Virus record (IMG/VR): IMGVR_UViG_3300034283_002790
Span: 64,001 to 128,000 of that record
Direction: 5' to 3' (one strand)
From: a virus
Length of the DNA stretch: 64,000 nucleotides
In this document: in pieces, positions 39,644 through 49,819 of the stretch
How the letters are laid out: every line of letters begins with the position of its first letter
Position numbering within the stretch: position 1 is the first letter of the stretch
Position numbers and translations under genes: made by a program
The notes under the pieces: model-generated
Databases searched by the model: none
Told to the model about the DNA's origin: nothing
The model's input: the letters and a program-made list of their open reading frames with translations, nothing else

Positions 39644-40480
39644 TTATTGTGTGGTTCCAATTTTACAGTTTTCTGCACAATATTTCGAAAACTTTACTTT
39701 ATACTGTCGTAAAGGATCTATATTTGTTATGGGTTGTATATCTATATATCCAGTATTTTTATCCATTAAATATTGACAAACCTGACATCCAGACATGTTC
39801 GGAATTCCAGGAATTGTTGGAATATCTCCAGTACCAGGAATTGTTGGAATATCTCCAGTACCAGGAATTTGGATATCTGAACCCAATAAACAAGTAAAAA
39901 TTTGTGATGGGTTGTTTATATTGTCAATCAAACATTTTTTAATTTTTTCACAATCAAGATTTGGAATTTGATTAATTATTTCATTATTTCCTTCTTGGTC
40001 TGTGGGAATTTCATTTTGGTTTTGGTTATTTTCACACTTACATGTTGGACAAAAGGTTGCTTTTGGTAATGAATTTGTGAATTTCAAATTATCACACATC
40101 GCTTTATGAGTTTCGTAACCAACAACCCCATCGGGTGATAATCTATATTTTTGTTGAAATGAGGTCACAGCATCTTTGGTTCTAGTTTTGTAATCACCAT
40201 CACAACTTGGGTATTCAGTATCACATCCCTGTTTCATGCCCCCACCGTAAAAATCACCCCCAAATCCGTTATTTGAAAGTAGGTGTTGAATCATTTTTAC
40301 AATATCTCCTTTTGCACCTACCCCGGCATATTTGTTTTTACAAACAATATCACAAATTTTGTCACCCTGCATTACTAATCCACCTTCATATGCCTCTGAA
40401 ACCACAAATTTTTTGGATGCTAAACTATGTAAATTTAAAATTCTAGATTTTTCTTCTTCAGTTATAATAAATCTTTTCAT
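39644..40480 (-). CDS. leader-class C protein with peptidoglycan-binding domain
   Basis: GDIVKMIQHLL...TKDAVTSFQQKYRLSPDGVVGYET. Confidence 0.7.
   Translation of the reverse strand: MKRFIITEEEKSRILNLHSLASKKFVVSEAYEGGLVMQGDKICDIVCKNKYAGVGAKGDIVKMIQHLLSNNGFGGDFYGGGMKQGCDTEYPSCDGDYKTRTKDAVTSFQQKYRLSPDGVVGYETHKAMCDNLKFTNSLPKATFCPTCKCENNQNQNEIPTDQEGNNEIINQIPNLDCEKIKKCLIDNINNPSQIFTCLLGSDIQIPGTGDIPTIPGTGDIPTIPGIPNMSGCQVCQYLMDKNTGYIDIQPITNIDPLRQYKVKFSKYCAENCKIGTTQ
39807..39869 (-). repeat. 27-bp coding tandem repeat x2.3 (IPGTGDIPT)
   Basis: CCAGGAATTGTTGGAATATCTCCAGTA repeated. Confidence 0.9.
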
Positions 40481-40504
40481 AAGATGTTTTTATTTATAAA
40501 TATA

Positions 40505-41077
40505 TCAGAATGATAATAATTTAGGAATAACCTCATTTTCAAAAAAATTTTCAAACATTCCCCTTTTATCATAATTGTCATCCATTAGATTTGTGACGTT
40601 TCTTGTTGTAAAGTCTATATTTGCATCAATAAAATCATAATCAATTAAATTCTGTGATTTATTAGTTACAATAACTCCATGATATTCCATATCATCAAAA
40701 TATAAAGTCCCATATAAATGAATTTGATTATCTTCTTTTTCCTCGTAATCAAAAATAAAAGTAATTTTTGGAAAATTATCAAACGAAGATTCAAAGGACG
40801 TTCCCTCTCTGGGGTCTTCTTCTTTAAAAGAAATGGTTTCAGGTGATAAATCTAAATTTAAAATACTTTTTTCTTCATCATTTAAATTTTTTTCACCATG
40901 AGTTTTTTCTTTTTCTCTAATTCTTTCTTGTTTGGAAAAAAATTCTAAAAACTTTTTTTCATCTATACTTAATGATTCATATCCTTTGTCTGACATTTTA
41001 TCAAGTATAGAATCAATGTAATTTTGATTTTCAACTAACCTTGTAAATTGAGACTCCTTAATTATTATTTTCATCAT
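40505..41077 (-). CDS. leader-class B protein with DUF6576-like helical domain
   Basis: IDSILDKMSDKGYESLSIDEKKFL. Confidence 0.6.
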   Translation of the reverse strand: MMKIIIKESQFTRLVENQNYIDSILDKMSDKGYESLSIDEKKFLEFFSKQERIREKEKTHGEKNLNDEEKSILNLDLSPETISFKEEDPREGTSFESSFDNFPKITFIFDYEEKEDNQIHLYGTLYFDDMEYHGVIVTNKSQNLIDYDFIDANIDFTTRNVTNLMDDNYDKRGMFENFFENEVIPKLLSF

Positions 41078-41934
41078 CCAAAAACTATTTCACCCATAAC
41101 ACACAATTGTAAAAAAACATCAGCATCTCCAGCATCTGCCTGCTCTAATAGTATGTTTTCCCAGATTTCAGGGTATTCTGTTTTTATTACTGATATTGAG
41201 TCCAAGATTTTATCCATGTCAACATATCCTAAATATGTTTCATCAATATCTTCATCAAATCTTTTTTGATCAATAATATCACCTTCTATTTTATATTCCC
41301 CTCTATTAAAATTACGAATTACCTCAGATCTTAATTCATCATCATAAAAATAAACTTTGTTTCCTTGTAAGATATATTCTCCAACGGCTTCAGATATAAA
41401 CTGCCCATAACTTTTTATATTATCAGGTAAGTCCATATAATACCAGTAGTTAGATCCACCCTCTAAAGCAGTAACAAATAGATCTATTATATCTTCTTTA
41501 GTAAGTTTTCTATTAAGTGCTTCTTCTCGATATCTGTTATATCTAAACGCAAACCCAACACCTCCAGCACTATATAAATGCCACTGCATTTTTTTTTGTT
41601 TCCAATCTTCAAAATTGAAATTCTCAAGCCCATTTTTTAGTTTCTCTAATTCTTTTTTCTTTGGTTTGATGAAGTCTTGTATAATAAAATCTTTTACACT
41701 GTCATGTAAATCGGAAATGTTAGAAAAATCAAAATTTGAATATAAATCTACCTGTTTTTGTAATTCCTGTATATTATTTTTTAGTCTTTCAAGATCATCC
41801 TTAACTTCTTCCTCAACGATTTTCTCAACTTCACGCATTTCGTCATCAGTAAGACCATATTCATTCAATTGATCATCTTCTTTCAATATTAACCTAATTT
41901 TTTTGAGTTGGGATTCTGTTATTATTATTTTCAT
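41074..41934 (-). CDS. leader-class B hypothetical, coiled coil
   Basis: MKIIITESQL. Confidence 0.6.
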   Translation of the reverse strand: MKIIITESQLKKIRLILKEDDQLNEYGLTDDEMREVEKIVEEEVKDDLERLKNNIQELQKQVDLYSNFDFSNISDLHDSVKDFIIQDFIKPKKKELEKLKNGLENFNFEDWKQKKMQWHLYSAGGVGFAFRYNRYREEALNRKLTKEDIIDLFVTALEGGSNYWYYMDLPDNIKSYGQFISEAVGEYILQGNKVYFYDDELRSEVIRNFNRGEYKIEGDIIDQKRFDEDIDETYLGYVDMDKILDSISVIKTEYPEIWENILLEQADAGDADVFLQLCVMGEIVFG

Positions 41935-41947
41935 AGTGAAAAAGTTT

Positions 41948-42520
41948 TTATAATTGTGGAATTACCACTTCTTCAATCCATGTAGTTAGTTCATCCCATA
42001 AAGATCCCATTTCTTCTTCCAAAGAAATATAATTCTCTGGTTCATACAATAAATAATCCGATTCTTCATCATTAGGTAACAATCCATAATGAGTACCTAC
42101 AAGATTCCCATCATAGTCAACTTCAATATAACCATCCCAGTTTTCATCATCCCATCGTATTGATGATTCGTATTCAATATATTTATCAAATGATTTTGGT
42201 ACATCATTTGTCACGAATTCAACAGGACCTAAATTTTGTAATTCACCATTTATGACTATTTGTTTGTGGTTATCTCTTAAGTCCAATGCGGCTTTTATTT
42301 TTTTACCAACCTCTTGGTCACCCACATCATCATCGTCTTCGTATTTGAATTCGTTTTTTTGTCCACTCTGTAACCATTGACTATAATCACTTAGTATTGT
42401 TTTTTCTTTGTCGTCAAGACCATCATACCCAACCTCTGACATTTTATCAATAATTTGATTAATTACTGGAATATTTTCTAGAAGAAATTTATATTGGGAT
42501 TCGGAAACTATTATTTTCAT
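41948..42520 (-). CDS. leader-class B protein with DUF6576-like domain, paralog of 40505
   Basis: INQIIDKMSEVGYDGLDDKEKTIL. Confidence 0.6.
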   Translation of the reverse strand: MKIIVSESQYKFLLENIPVINQIIDKMSEVGYDGLDDKEKTILSDYSQWLQSGQKNEFKYEDDDDVGDQEVGKKIKAALDLRDNHKQIVINGELQNLGPVEFVTNDVPKSFDKYIEYESSIRWDDENWDGYIEVDYDGNLVGTHYGLLPNDEESDYLLYEPENYISLEEEMGSLWDELTTWIEEVVIPQL

Positions 42521-42529
42521 ATACTTTTT

Positions 42530-42979
42530 TTATATATCTAATTTAACCCAATTACCTTCTTTGGATTTGATCATAACATCATTCTTATCGGTAGTTTTGA
42601 CCGCCTGAACACTTCCATCTTTAAAATATATAAATTCGCGATTTTTCAAATCCGGAAATTGTTTTATCCATAATTGTTCTTGTTGGCGTTTTTTATCATC
42701 TCTTCGGTTTAATGCCATTTTTACCCCCAAAACAATTCCGCCAATAGCAGGAATTATGATGCCCGCTAATGGACCCGGACAAAATTCACACTCCCCTTCA
42801 ATGACTGAACCACTTTCAACTTTTGGACATAAACCTTGAGACCAACATGGATTATTTTTGAGGGTAGTCCCTGCTTGAGACTTCAAAATGGATATTTTAT
42901 TTTCCGATTCGGTATTTTCTTTGATTATCTTTTTTATAAGATTGACAAGTTGAGATTCGGAAAGTCTTATTTGTTTCAT
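42530..42979 (-). CDS. leader-class A protein with one TM helix
   Basis: MKQIRLSESQLVNLIKKIIKE; LAGIIIPAIGGIVLGV. Confidence 0.6.
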   Translation of the reverse strand: MKQIRLSESQLVNLIKKIIKENTESENKISILKSQAGTTLKNNPCWSQGLCPKVESGSVIEGECEFCPGPLAGIIIPAIGGIVLGVKMALNRRDDKKRQQEQLWIKQFPDLKNREFIYFKDGSVQAVKTTDKNDVMIKSKEGNWVKLDI

Positions 42980-43028
42980 TATTATTATTATTATTTACAA
43001 TAATAAATATCCCTAAATACAAAAAATA

Positions 43029-43181
43029 CTAATCAAGTTTATCTAATTGATTCGATAACCAAGAACCCACCCAGGAACCTATTTGGTAACACCCGATAAG
43101 ATAAATTAGAAAATTTGGTAAAATAAAAAATAATAGAATAATTGTGACGATTGCCGCAACATAAATAGACAGTTTATTCAT
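43029..43181 (-). CDS. small membrane protein, 50 aa; not in ORF track
   Basis: MNKLSIYVAAIVTIILLFFILPNFLIYLIG... Confidence 0.45.
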   Translation of the reverse strand: MNKLSIYVAAIVTIILLFFILPNFLIYLIGCYQIGSWVGSWLSNQLDKLD

Positions 43182-43194
43182 TTAAGATTACTTT

Positions 43195-43374
43195 TTATAA
43201 TCTTGATGCCGACTCAGTTATATGTCTAAGTTTAGTCTCTAATTCTCTGACTTGTCGTAATTGAATCTCATTCAAGTTAATAGATTCCCCTTTGATTGAT
43301 GAAATTCTATTTTGAATTCTTGTGTATTCAAACATGAGTCTTTCATATTCTTTTGCTTTTTGTTCGTTATTCAT
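43195..43374 (-). CDS. small coiled-coil protein, 59 aa; not in ORF track
   Basis: MNNEQKAKEYERLMFEYTRIQNRISSIKGE... Confidence 0.55.
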   Translation of the reverse strand: MNNEQKAKEYERLMFEYTRIQNRISSIKGESINLNEIQLRQVRELETKLRHITESASRL

Positions 43375-43385
43375 ATATGTATTAA

Positions 43386-43808
43386 TTAATTATCAAATAA
43401 ATTGCTGTCACAAATAATCGGGTCGTCAAAAACCTCATAACGACCAAATCTTTGAGTACTTTCTACAACATCCGAAAGTCTACCATCCCCTTTATCCATA
43501 ATGTCTTGTATTTTTTCTGATAAGGGTTCCAAGTACTTACAAACAAGATCATTAGCCCCTTGAAAGGTTCTTGATTTAAGTTCTGAAAATACAAACCTTA
43601 TGGAATCTTCACCTAAAAAATTGTCATTACAAATCAAAAGAGGGTTGTAATGTCTACCCTCAGTATCTTCTTGATAACCAATTTTAAGTTTACAGAAATT
43701 GTCACCCCTCTCAAAAGTTATATCTTGAGTTGAAAATTTGTTTTCTGTCAAAGGTTTTACATTCCCAACAGATGACTCTAAAAGTTGTTTGAACCTACTT
43801 TTATTCAT
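43386..43808 (-). CDS. leader-class E hypothetical
   Basis: RFKQLLESSVGNVKPLTE. Confidence 0.65.
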   Translation of the reverse strand: MNKSRFKQLLESSVGNVKPLTENKFSTQDITFERGDNFCKLKIGYQEDTEGRHYNPLLICNDNFLGEDSIRFVFSELKSRTFQGANDLVCKYLEPLSEKIQDIMDKGDGRLSDVVESTQRFGRYEVFDDPIICDSNLFDN

Positions 43809-43909
43809 ATAATTAATTATAATAAAATAATGAAAATAGAAAATCTAATTCTGTTATAAATATTAAAAAAAACATTTACAAACAATAATGAATAAAATTT
43901 TTTAAAAAT

Positions 43910-44470
43910 TTATTCCTCACAATCGGCATTATGATAGGTATTGTAAGTTTTTTTTGAAAATAATGAGGACAGATAACTTTGAACTTCATTAAATTCTGAA
44001 CCATTGATTTTCAGATCCCCATAAGTGTATAAAAAATCAGATAGAATTTTATTAAACAATATTCTTTTATATTGTTCATATCTGGGATAAGTACATGGGT
44101 CGAAATCAGGATCTTTTGATGATTTTTCAAAAATGTCTATCAATATTGATTCTCTTCTTTTGATATGATTAAGAGAAATTATTTTTCTTGATGATTCGGT
44201 GACTATTTTTTGATCACAATCAACATCTTTCTTATATACGGCCATAGTAATTTTAAAAATGTCATGAACTTGTTCCCAACATTCGTTTAGACAATCATCT
44301 TTATGGGAAGAACCTAAATTTGAATTATCAAAATATACTATTAGATGAAGAGAGTTAAGTTCGAAGATATCATCTTTTATTTGTTCTACCTTAATAAAAC
44401 AAACTTTTGGATAACGAATTAAAACATTCTTCTCCAAAAAATTTTTTATAATCAGTGATATCGGCTCCAA
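43910..44470 (-). CDS. hypothetical; C-terminal half resembles the RR small-helical family
   Basis: IVTES...IKRRESIL...DPC.Y. Confidence 0.5.
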   Translation of the reverse strand: MEPISLIIKNFLEKNVLIRYPKVCFIKVEQIKDDIFELNSLHLIVYFDNSNLGSSHKDDCLNECWEQVHDIFKITMAVYKKDVDCDQKIVTESSRKIISLNHIKRRESILIDIFEKSSKDPDFDPCTYPRYEQYKRILFNKILSDFLYTYGDLKINGSEFNEVQSYLSSLFSKKTYNTYHNADCEE

Positions 44471-44475
44471 AACTA

Positions 44476-44913
44476 TTAATCGAATTTTTTGTGCATAAAT
44501 CTACCACCTTCTGGCATTCTTCCTTCTTCTTTTTTATTGGCAAACTTAAAAAAACTTAGAACCGAACGAATCCCAACCTCCAAATTATCCTCAAAAGTTC
44601 CGTTATGTTTTGGTACACTCACAAACAATACTTGATCGTCTTTTGATCTTGCTCTTCTTGGTTGAATGACATATCTACCATCTGAATTAACCGTGATTTG
44701 TAGGTCTTCTCCTGGTTTTCTTACCTCAATAAAATCATTCATCAAACCACTTATTTTAGCGTCTATACCATTATTAATTAATTCTTTTTCTAATTTACGT
44801 AGATTGTTTGGTGGTACATCCCTATATTTGACAACTTGATTTTCACTTTCTATAATCACTTGTTTTACAATTTTTTCTAAATCCCTTTCTGTTAACTTTA
44901 TAATTTTTTTCAT
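44476..44913 (-). CDS. leader-class A hypothetical
   Basis: MKKIIKLTERDLEKIVKQVIIE. Confidence 0.65.
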   Translation of the reverse strand: MKKIIKLTERDLEKIVKQVIIESENQVVKYRDVPPNNLRKLEKELINNGIDAKISGLMNDFIEVRKPGEDLQITVNSDGRYVIQPRRARSKDDQVLFVSVPKHNGTFEDNLEVGIRSVLSFFKFANKKEEGRMPEGGRFMHKKFD

Positions 44914-44997
44914 TTTTTTTTATAATAAATATACGAATTTATTCAAATAAAAAACCCCATTAATTAAATGGGGTTAAATAATTCTATAAAATATAAA

Positions 44998-45174
44998 TTA
45001 TTTTTCAAGGGATGATTTGTTGTCAGATGCATTTTGAGTTGAATCATCATTTCCAGTAGTATCTGTTGTAGTGGTGTTTTGAGTTGACTCAGTTTTTGAG
45101 TTTTCTGAACCACAAGAACTAACTAGAATTGTGAAAATCATGGTCAAAAGACCTGACAAAACTAACATTTTCAT
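44998..45174 (-). CDS. small lipoprotein
   Basis: MKMLVLSGLL...LVSSCG lipobox, T/D/S-rich tail. Confidence 0.55.
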   Translation of the reverse strand: MKMLVLSGLLTMIFTILVSSCGSENSKTESTQNTTTTDTTGNDDSTQNASDNKSSLEK

Positions 45175-45256
45175 AAATAAAAAATTAATTGGTTTATTTG
45201 TTAACAAATATTAACAAATATAAATATAATAATCAATAGTGTTTATGATTTTATTT

Positions 45257-45643
45257 TCAATAAAAGTCATCTTCCCAAAACAGATCAATAATTTTGGAAA
45301 ATTTTAACCCCAACGCAAAAAACTTTTCTAACTTGGGTATTTCATATAAATTATATATAAATCCATTTTCACTAATAATCCACTCCTGATCAAGTCTATT
45401 CTGATATAAAAATTTTTCACCCTCAATATCAATCAAAAACATTGGACCATAAAAATTTAACATACTTCTTGTATATTCTGGAGGTGAAACTCTGCTTAAT
45501 TCAAGTGGTATATCATAGGATGATTGAATTATTGAGATTTTATTTGTAAAATCTAAACCATTTTTTATTAAAAAGTTTTTGAGAAATTCGTCTTGGGACT
45601 CAACTAATAATTTTTTTTGTTTCGGATTAATAATTATTTTCAT
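45257..45643 (-). CDS. leader-class B hypothetical
   Basis: MKIIINPKQKKLLVE. Confidence 0.6.
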   Translation of the reverse strand: MKIIINPKQKKLLVESQDEFLKNFLIKNGLDFTNKISIIQSSYDIPLELSRVSPPEYTRSMLNFYGPMFLIDIEGEKFLYQNRLDQEWIISENGFIYNLYEIPKLEKFFALGLKFSKIIDLFWEDDFY

Positions 45644-45686
45644 AATGGTTATTCTTTATCAATAATCACGGTTTGGATTTTAGTTG

Positions 45687-46145
45687 TTATAGTTGAAAAT
45701 CTGAAGGGTCTATATCGCAATCATTTTCAACAAGAAGACCTTTCAATATATTTAAAGATTCGTCAAATAAATGACCCAATTCCAATAACTCAATTTCAAT
45801 CTCATACTCACCCATATATTCGTTGTAAAGTTGAATTATTTCATTTAAAAATTCATACCCTTGTTCGCATAAATCATCCTCACTTGAGGTTGACCTAAGC
45901 ATTTCTATATCTGAATTTATCAAAGATAATTCACTTGTGAGTTCGTCTTCCAATTTCAAAAAATCATCCCTGTATTTTTCTATACTCCTCATAGTGTTAA
46001 TATCCCCTTTTGTGGATAAAATATTAATCACATAGTTAAACATATCTTCTACACTATACACATCTTCTATATTCTGACTTTCTTTGATTGTTTTTTTTAC
46101 AACTCTAATTAAATCTGATTCTGTCAATCTTATTACTTTTTTCAT
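45687..46145 (-). CDS. leader-class A acidic hypothetical
   Basis: MKKVIRLTESDLIRVVKKTIKE. Confidence 0.65.
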   Translation of the reverse strand: MKKVIRLTESDLIRVVKKTIKESQNIEDVYSVEDMFNYVINILSTKGDINTMRSIEKYRDDFLKLEDELTSELSLINSDIEMLRSTSSEDDLCEQGYEFLNEIIQLYNEYMGEYEIEIELLELGHLFDESLNILKGLLVENDCDIDPSDFQL

Positions 46146-46167
46146 GTCATTGTTTTTATTATAAATA

Positions 46168-46743
46168 CTAAAATTTTATATTAAAATTTGTGGCACCTAG
46201 TTTATTTAATTGATTCATATATTTTTTTTTATCTTCAGTGGATGGTACTTCGTAAGTGTTTAAAAGTTGCCTACCATATTTTTTGAGGAATTTCAAATCC
46301 CCACCCTTTTGATTTGTAAATTCTGAAGTAAATTGAATGTGATAATAGTCCCATCCCCATGAAAGCCCATACGATTCAAACCCCATTTTTTGGGCAATTT
46401 GTAACATCTCATCTGTTGGTCTATCCCATTTGGTTCCATTCCAATGATAAACATCAACTGCATGACCATAATTATGAATTCCTAAACCCCCAGGAACCTT
46501 GCTTGTTCCTCTATCGAAAAAAATTTCTTGTTTTTCGAAATCTCTATAACTTTCTGATATCTTAAAAATAATTCCCTTCGATTTCCAATAGTCAAAAAGT
46601 TCTTTAAATTGTTTTTGGACATATGGGTGAAGTTTTTTTAGATGTTCATTTATAGAAGAATCCATTTCCTGGCTGTAAGAACTTTCTGATGAAATTTCTT
46701 CAACAAGATATTTGAATTGTGATTTAGAAATAACAAATTTCAT
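46168..46743 (-). CDS. M15-family peptidoglycan peptidase (L-Ala-D-Glu-like), leader class B
   Basis: LHP...SYRDFEKQ...HNYGHAVD...WD..HIQF. Confidence 0.8.
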   Translation of the reverse strand: MKFVISKSQFKYLVEEISSESSYSQEMDSSINEHLKKLHPYVQKQFKELFDYWKSKGIIFKISESYRDFEKQEIFFDRGTSKVPGGLGIHNYGHAVDVYHWNGTKWDRPTDEMLQIAQKMGFESYGLSWGWDYYHIQFTSEFTNQKGGDLKFLKKYGRQLLNTYEVPSTEDKKKYMNQLNKLGATNFNIKF

Positions 46744-46787
46744 ATATCATAAATACACCCTATGAATGATTTACTTACTATAGAAGG

Positions 46788-47681
46788 TTAACCTATATAA
46801 AATAAGTGCCAGGGTTCTGGACCCCTTACCTTTCCTCTTGTTGTTGATTCGGTGTAAGTAACTTCAAGATTATATTTTGACGCATTATTTCTTATGCAAG
46901 ATTTGACATTAGGTCTTGAATTCCACCACTCAGGGTCAGTTGAAAATATATCAAATGCCTTTCCTGTGTGGTGTTGGCTAAACCCAGGAAGGGCATTCCA
47001 TTTTTGAGTATCGTCAACACCCCTAGATTGTGCCTTTTTTCCAAAATTATCGATTTGGGAGGTATAACTTCTATAATGAGATACAATATTCTGTACCGAC
47101 CCAATTTCATTCGAATATTTACCTCTACAAAATTTAATTAACTTCAAAACTGAAGACTCCGCTTCTTTATTAATCCCACCACCATCTTCTCTTGTCGTAC
47201 CTTCTTGATCTAATTCTTTTTGTATGTGATCAGCGGTAATTTTCAGATTATATTTTTTAGACATTCGTGAAATTAAGTCGTCAACTTCTTTGTTTTTTGT
47301 GGATGAAGAACTAGATGGTTTTGAAGTTTTTGTTTCTGGAAAATCTTCCACTTCTTCTTCATCATCCTCTGGTTTGACTAATGGTTCTGGTTTCTCTTTA
47401 TGGGTATTTTTTTTACCTTCAGTCTTTGAATCTCCGGGTCTCCAACCCTCACAAAATTTATTTCTAAGTTCCGTGTTTTCAGAATGTGTTCCAGATGATC
47501 CATATTCTTGTCGAACCTTCTTCCAGGATAAACCGGCTTTAGTCACAACATTATATGGTATGTCTTTTTTACATGCAGACATACTACTATATCCTTCATG
47601 CTCCTCACCTGAGAAACCTTCGGTCAAGTAATACATGTTAAGAATTTCCCTTTTTTCAGACTCAGATATAGTAAATCTCAT
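46788..47681 (-). CDS. VanY-like D-Ala-D-Ala carboxypeptidase (M15B), leader class C
   Basis: SHYRSY..Q, ALPGFSQHHTGKAFDI, EPWHLFYIG. Confidence 0.85.
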   Translation of the reverse strand: MRFTISESEKREILNMYYLTEGFSGEEHEGYSSMSACKKDIPYNVVTKAGLSWKKVRQEYGSSGTHSENTELRNKFCEGWRPGDSKTEGKKNTHKEKPEPLVKPEDDEEEVEDFPETKTSKPSSSSSTKNKEVDDLISRMSKKYNLKITADHIQKELDQEGTTREDGGGINKEAESSVLKLIKFCRGKYSNEIGSVQNIVSHYRSYTSQIDNFGKKAQSRGVDDTQKWNALPGFSQHHTGKAFDIFSTDPEWWNSRPNVKSCIRNNASKYNLEVTYTESTTRGKVRGPEPWHLFYIG

Positions 47682-47778
47682 AATAGTTGGGTATTGGGTT
47701 TTTTTACTTATTTAACTCTAGGAACTATTTTTTTAATCAATGAAATCAATTGTGATTCACTTAGTCTAATTTGTTTTT

Positions 47779-48354
47779 TCATAGCGTTTTAGTCAAATTA
47801 AAATTGGGTATTATTGTCCCAACCGGAAAAGGGGAACCTTCAGGTGCTTGAGTAATTGAGGTTTGTCCTGGGTGAACCCTGACCGATTTACGTAAAGGGA
47901 CTGCCATTTCGTTAAGTGGACCAAAACATTCGGCTAAATCAACCCCATTTACATTTTTAAATATTCTACATGGCATACAAAACATATTACTCATTTGATT
48001 ACTTTCTCCTTCACCTATTACAAATGAACGATTAACCGTTGGTAATGTTTCCCAAGTGGGTGCTTGTGGAACTTCATCGTAATACCAAAAAAATGACCAA
48101 ACAGTATTTTCTGTTCCATCGGGAGTGATAGATGGATCAGAAACCAATTCGATATTTGCAATTGAGGTTCCATTCATGACTGGACAAACCGATCTTCCTT
48201 CTCTGAATTTGTTTCCTTGTACTTCGATTATTTTTCCAGTTGGTTTCGCACCTGACGCACCACAAAAAGCAAACTTACCGTTGTATATTCTCAATGCGTG
48301 GTCAATTGAATTTTTTTTAGTTGTTTTTTTAAAAAAAGAAAATAAATTTTTCAT
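47779..48354 (-). CDS. Cys-containing hypothetical protein
   Basis: 191-aa ORF. Confidence 0.55.
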   Translation of the reverse strand: MKNLFSFFKKTTKKNSIDHALRIYNGKFAFCGASGAKPTGKIIEVQGNKFREGRSVCPVMNGTSIANIELVSDPSITPDGTENTVWSFFWYYDEVPQAPTWETLPTVNRSFVIGEGESNQMSNMFCMPCRIFKNVNGVDLAECFGPLNEMAVPLRKSVRVHPGQTSITQAPEGSPFPVGTIIPNFNLTKTL

Positions 48355-48384
48355 ATGTAATTATAAATATTAACAAAAACCTAT

Positions 48385-48894
48385 TTAACCATTTGCCAGG
48401 TCAAATCCAGTTGTAAATTCTTCCTCCGTCACACCAAGAACTTTATTTTTTTCACCCCCGACAGGAATACCAGTTTCCATGTTTATTATTGATCTTGCAA
48501 TTTGTTTACCATATTTATCCCAAGTTAATAGATCGGTTGTTTTTACCCCAATTTGATTTGCAACAAATGACGCATAATTGTTTGGATCATTTGACCCATG
48601 ACCAGATGGTGCATATTTTTTAAATAACTTAATTAAACTCGTGGAAGTTAATCCTTTTCCAAAATAAGTATTTTTTAAATTTTTGACACCGGCCCTTACA
48701 CCATACTTCATTTCTTTGAACTTGAGTTTTCCATTTACGTCACCGTTCAAACCATCCCAATCGTCCGGGGGGTTTTGAATAAGTGCCATAGGATTTTTAT
48801 AAGTAATTGCCCAACCTCCGGTGGATCCGGCAATAGATGTTTGGTCCTCTTTTATGATTTCTAAGATTCTTTGTATATTTTCTTGTAGGTTCAT
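48385..48894 (-). CDS. lysozyme-like virion protein, leader class D
   Basis: NP..L....W.G...F....G.RA....L...G.......KYAP...ND..NY...V. Confidence 0.55.
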   Translation of the reverse strand: MNLQENIQRILEIIKEDQTSIAGSTGGWAITYKNPMALIQNPPDDWDGLNGDVNGKLKFKEMKYGVRAGVKNLKNTYFGKGLTSTSLIKLFKKYAPSGHGSNDPNNYASFVANQIGVKTTDLLTWDKYGKQIARSIINMETGIPVGGEKNKVLGVTEEEFTTGFDLANG

Positions 48895-48923
48895 ATTAAT
48901 AAATATTGTAGGATCAAAGAAAT

Positions 48924-49811
48924 TTAACTCGATTTACTATCAAGTTCTGATCCGATGGTTTTATAGATTGGTTTATTACCATGGGGTTCTATTTTTCCAA
49001 TTGGGGGATCAATTACCTCAACTCCCTGATCTTTAAATTTTTGGTAATATTTTTTGACTTTTTCTTCTTTAATATTTTTTAATCCACCCCAACCCCATGA
49101 TCCTTGGATTGCAAATAAATTCGCTCTAGGAAATTTATTTCTAAGTTCTGAAACTAAACCTGGGATATTATCTTTGGAACTAAAAGCACCATTTGTCCCA
49201 ATACAAATTGCAATATTTTTTACTTTTTTTGATCCGGGATGATTTTCTACCGCATCTAATAACCAATTCAATCCCATACCCCCCAACCACAATGAACGTT
49301 TGGATCCTTTGTCTGATATCAGACTAAACTTCGAACTACCGTTAGCAACATATGGTGTTTGTGAATCACCAATAACGATATTGCTTTTAATATTTTTATC
49401 ATCTAGGATTGTCTCCGTTTTGTCTTTTTTGATATTTAATAAATCTGTATTTTCAAAGTTTTTATTAACTAGTTCTTCTACTATTTTTTGAAGAACTTCT
49501 TTTGTAACAACACCTGTAACTTCCATGGAGTTTTCTTCCTGGAAGTTTTCAACCGAAATTTCAGTTTCCGGACCAAATTTTCCGTCTACACCCCATTTGG
49601 GTAGCGAAAACCCAAGAAATTGTAATGCGATTTGTATCATTTCAACTCTTTTATCATATGGTATTGGTGTTGATTTTCTTTCTAAGGTACTATTTTCATC
49701 AATTAATTTTTGTAAACCCGTTACAACAATACTATCTTTTTTAGAAATTCCCATAAGATCTTTAATCCTGTCGATCTCTTCACCGATAATTTTTAGATTG
49801 GGATTCCTCAT
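48924..49811 (-). CDS. PG-binding domain plus SGNH hydrolase-like domain, leader class D
   Basis: IQIALQFLGF...GVDGKFGPET..V..FQ; IVIGDSQ, GMG, IGTN. Confidence 0.7.
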   Translation of the reverse strand: MRNPNLKIIGEEIDRIKDLMGISKKDSIVVTGLQKLIDENSTLERKSTPIPYDKRVEMIQIALQFLGFSLPKWGVDGKFGPETEISVENFQEENSMEVTGVVTKEVLQKIVEELVNKNFENTDLLNIKKDKTETILDDKNIKSNIVIGDSQTPYVANGSSKFSLISDKGSKRSLWLGGMGLNWLLDAVENHPGSKKVKNIAICIGTNGAFSSKDNIPGLVSELRNKFPRANLFAIQGSWGWGGLKNIKEEKVKKYYQKFKDQGVEVIDPPIGKIEPHGNKPIYKTIGSELDSKSS

Positions 49812-49819
49812 ATAATAAC

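Noticed and set aside
39807-39869. Second CRISPR-like array in the 27-bp, 18-bp or 15-bp repeats
   Set aside because: Head-to-tail, in-frame coding repeats without spacers.
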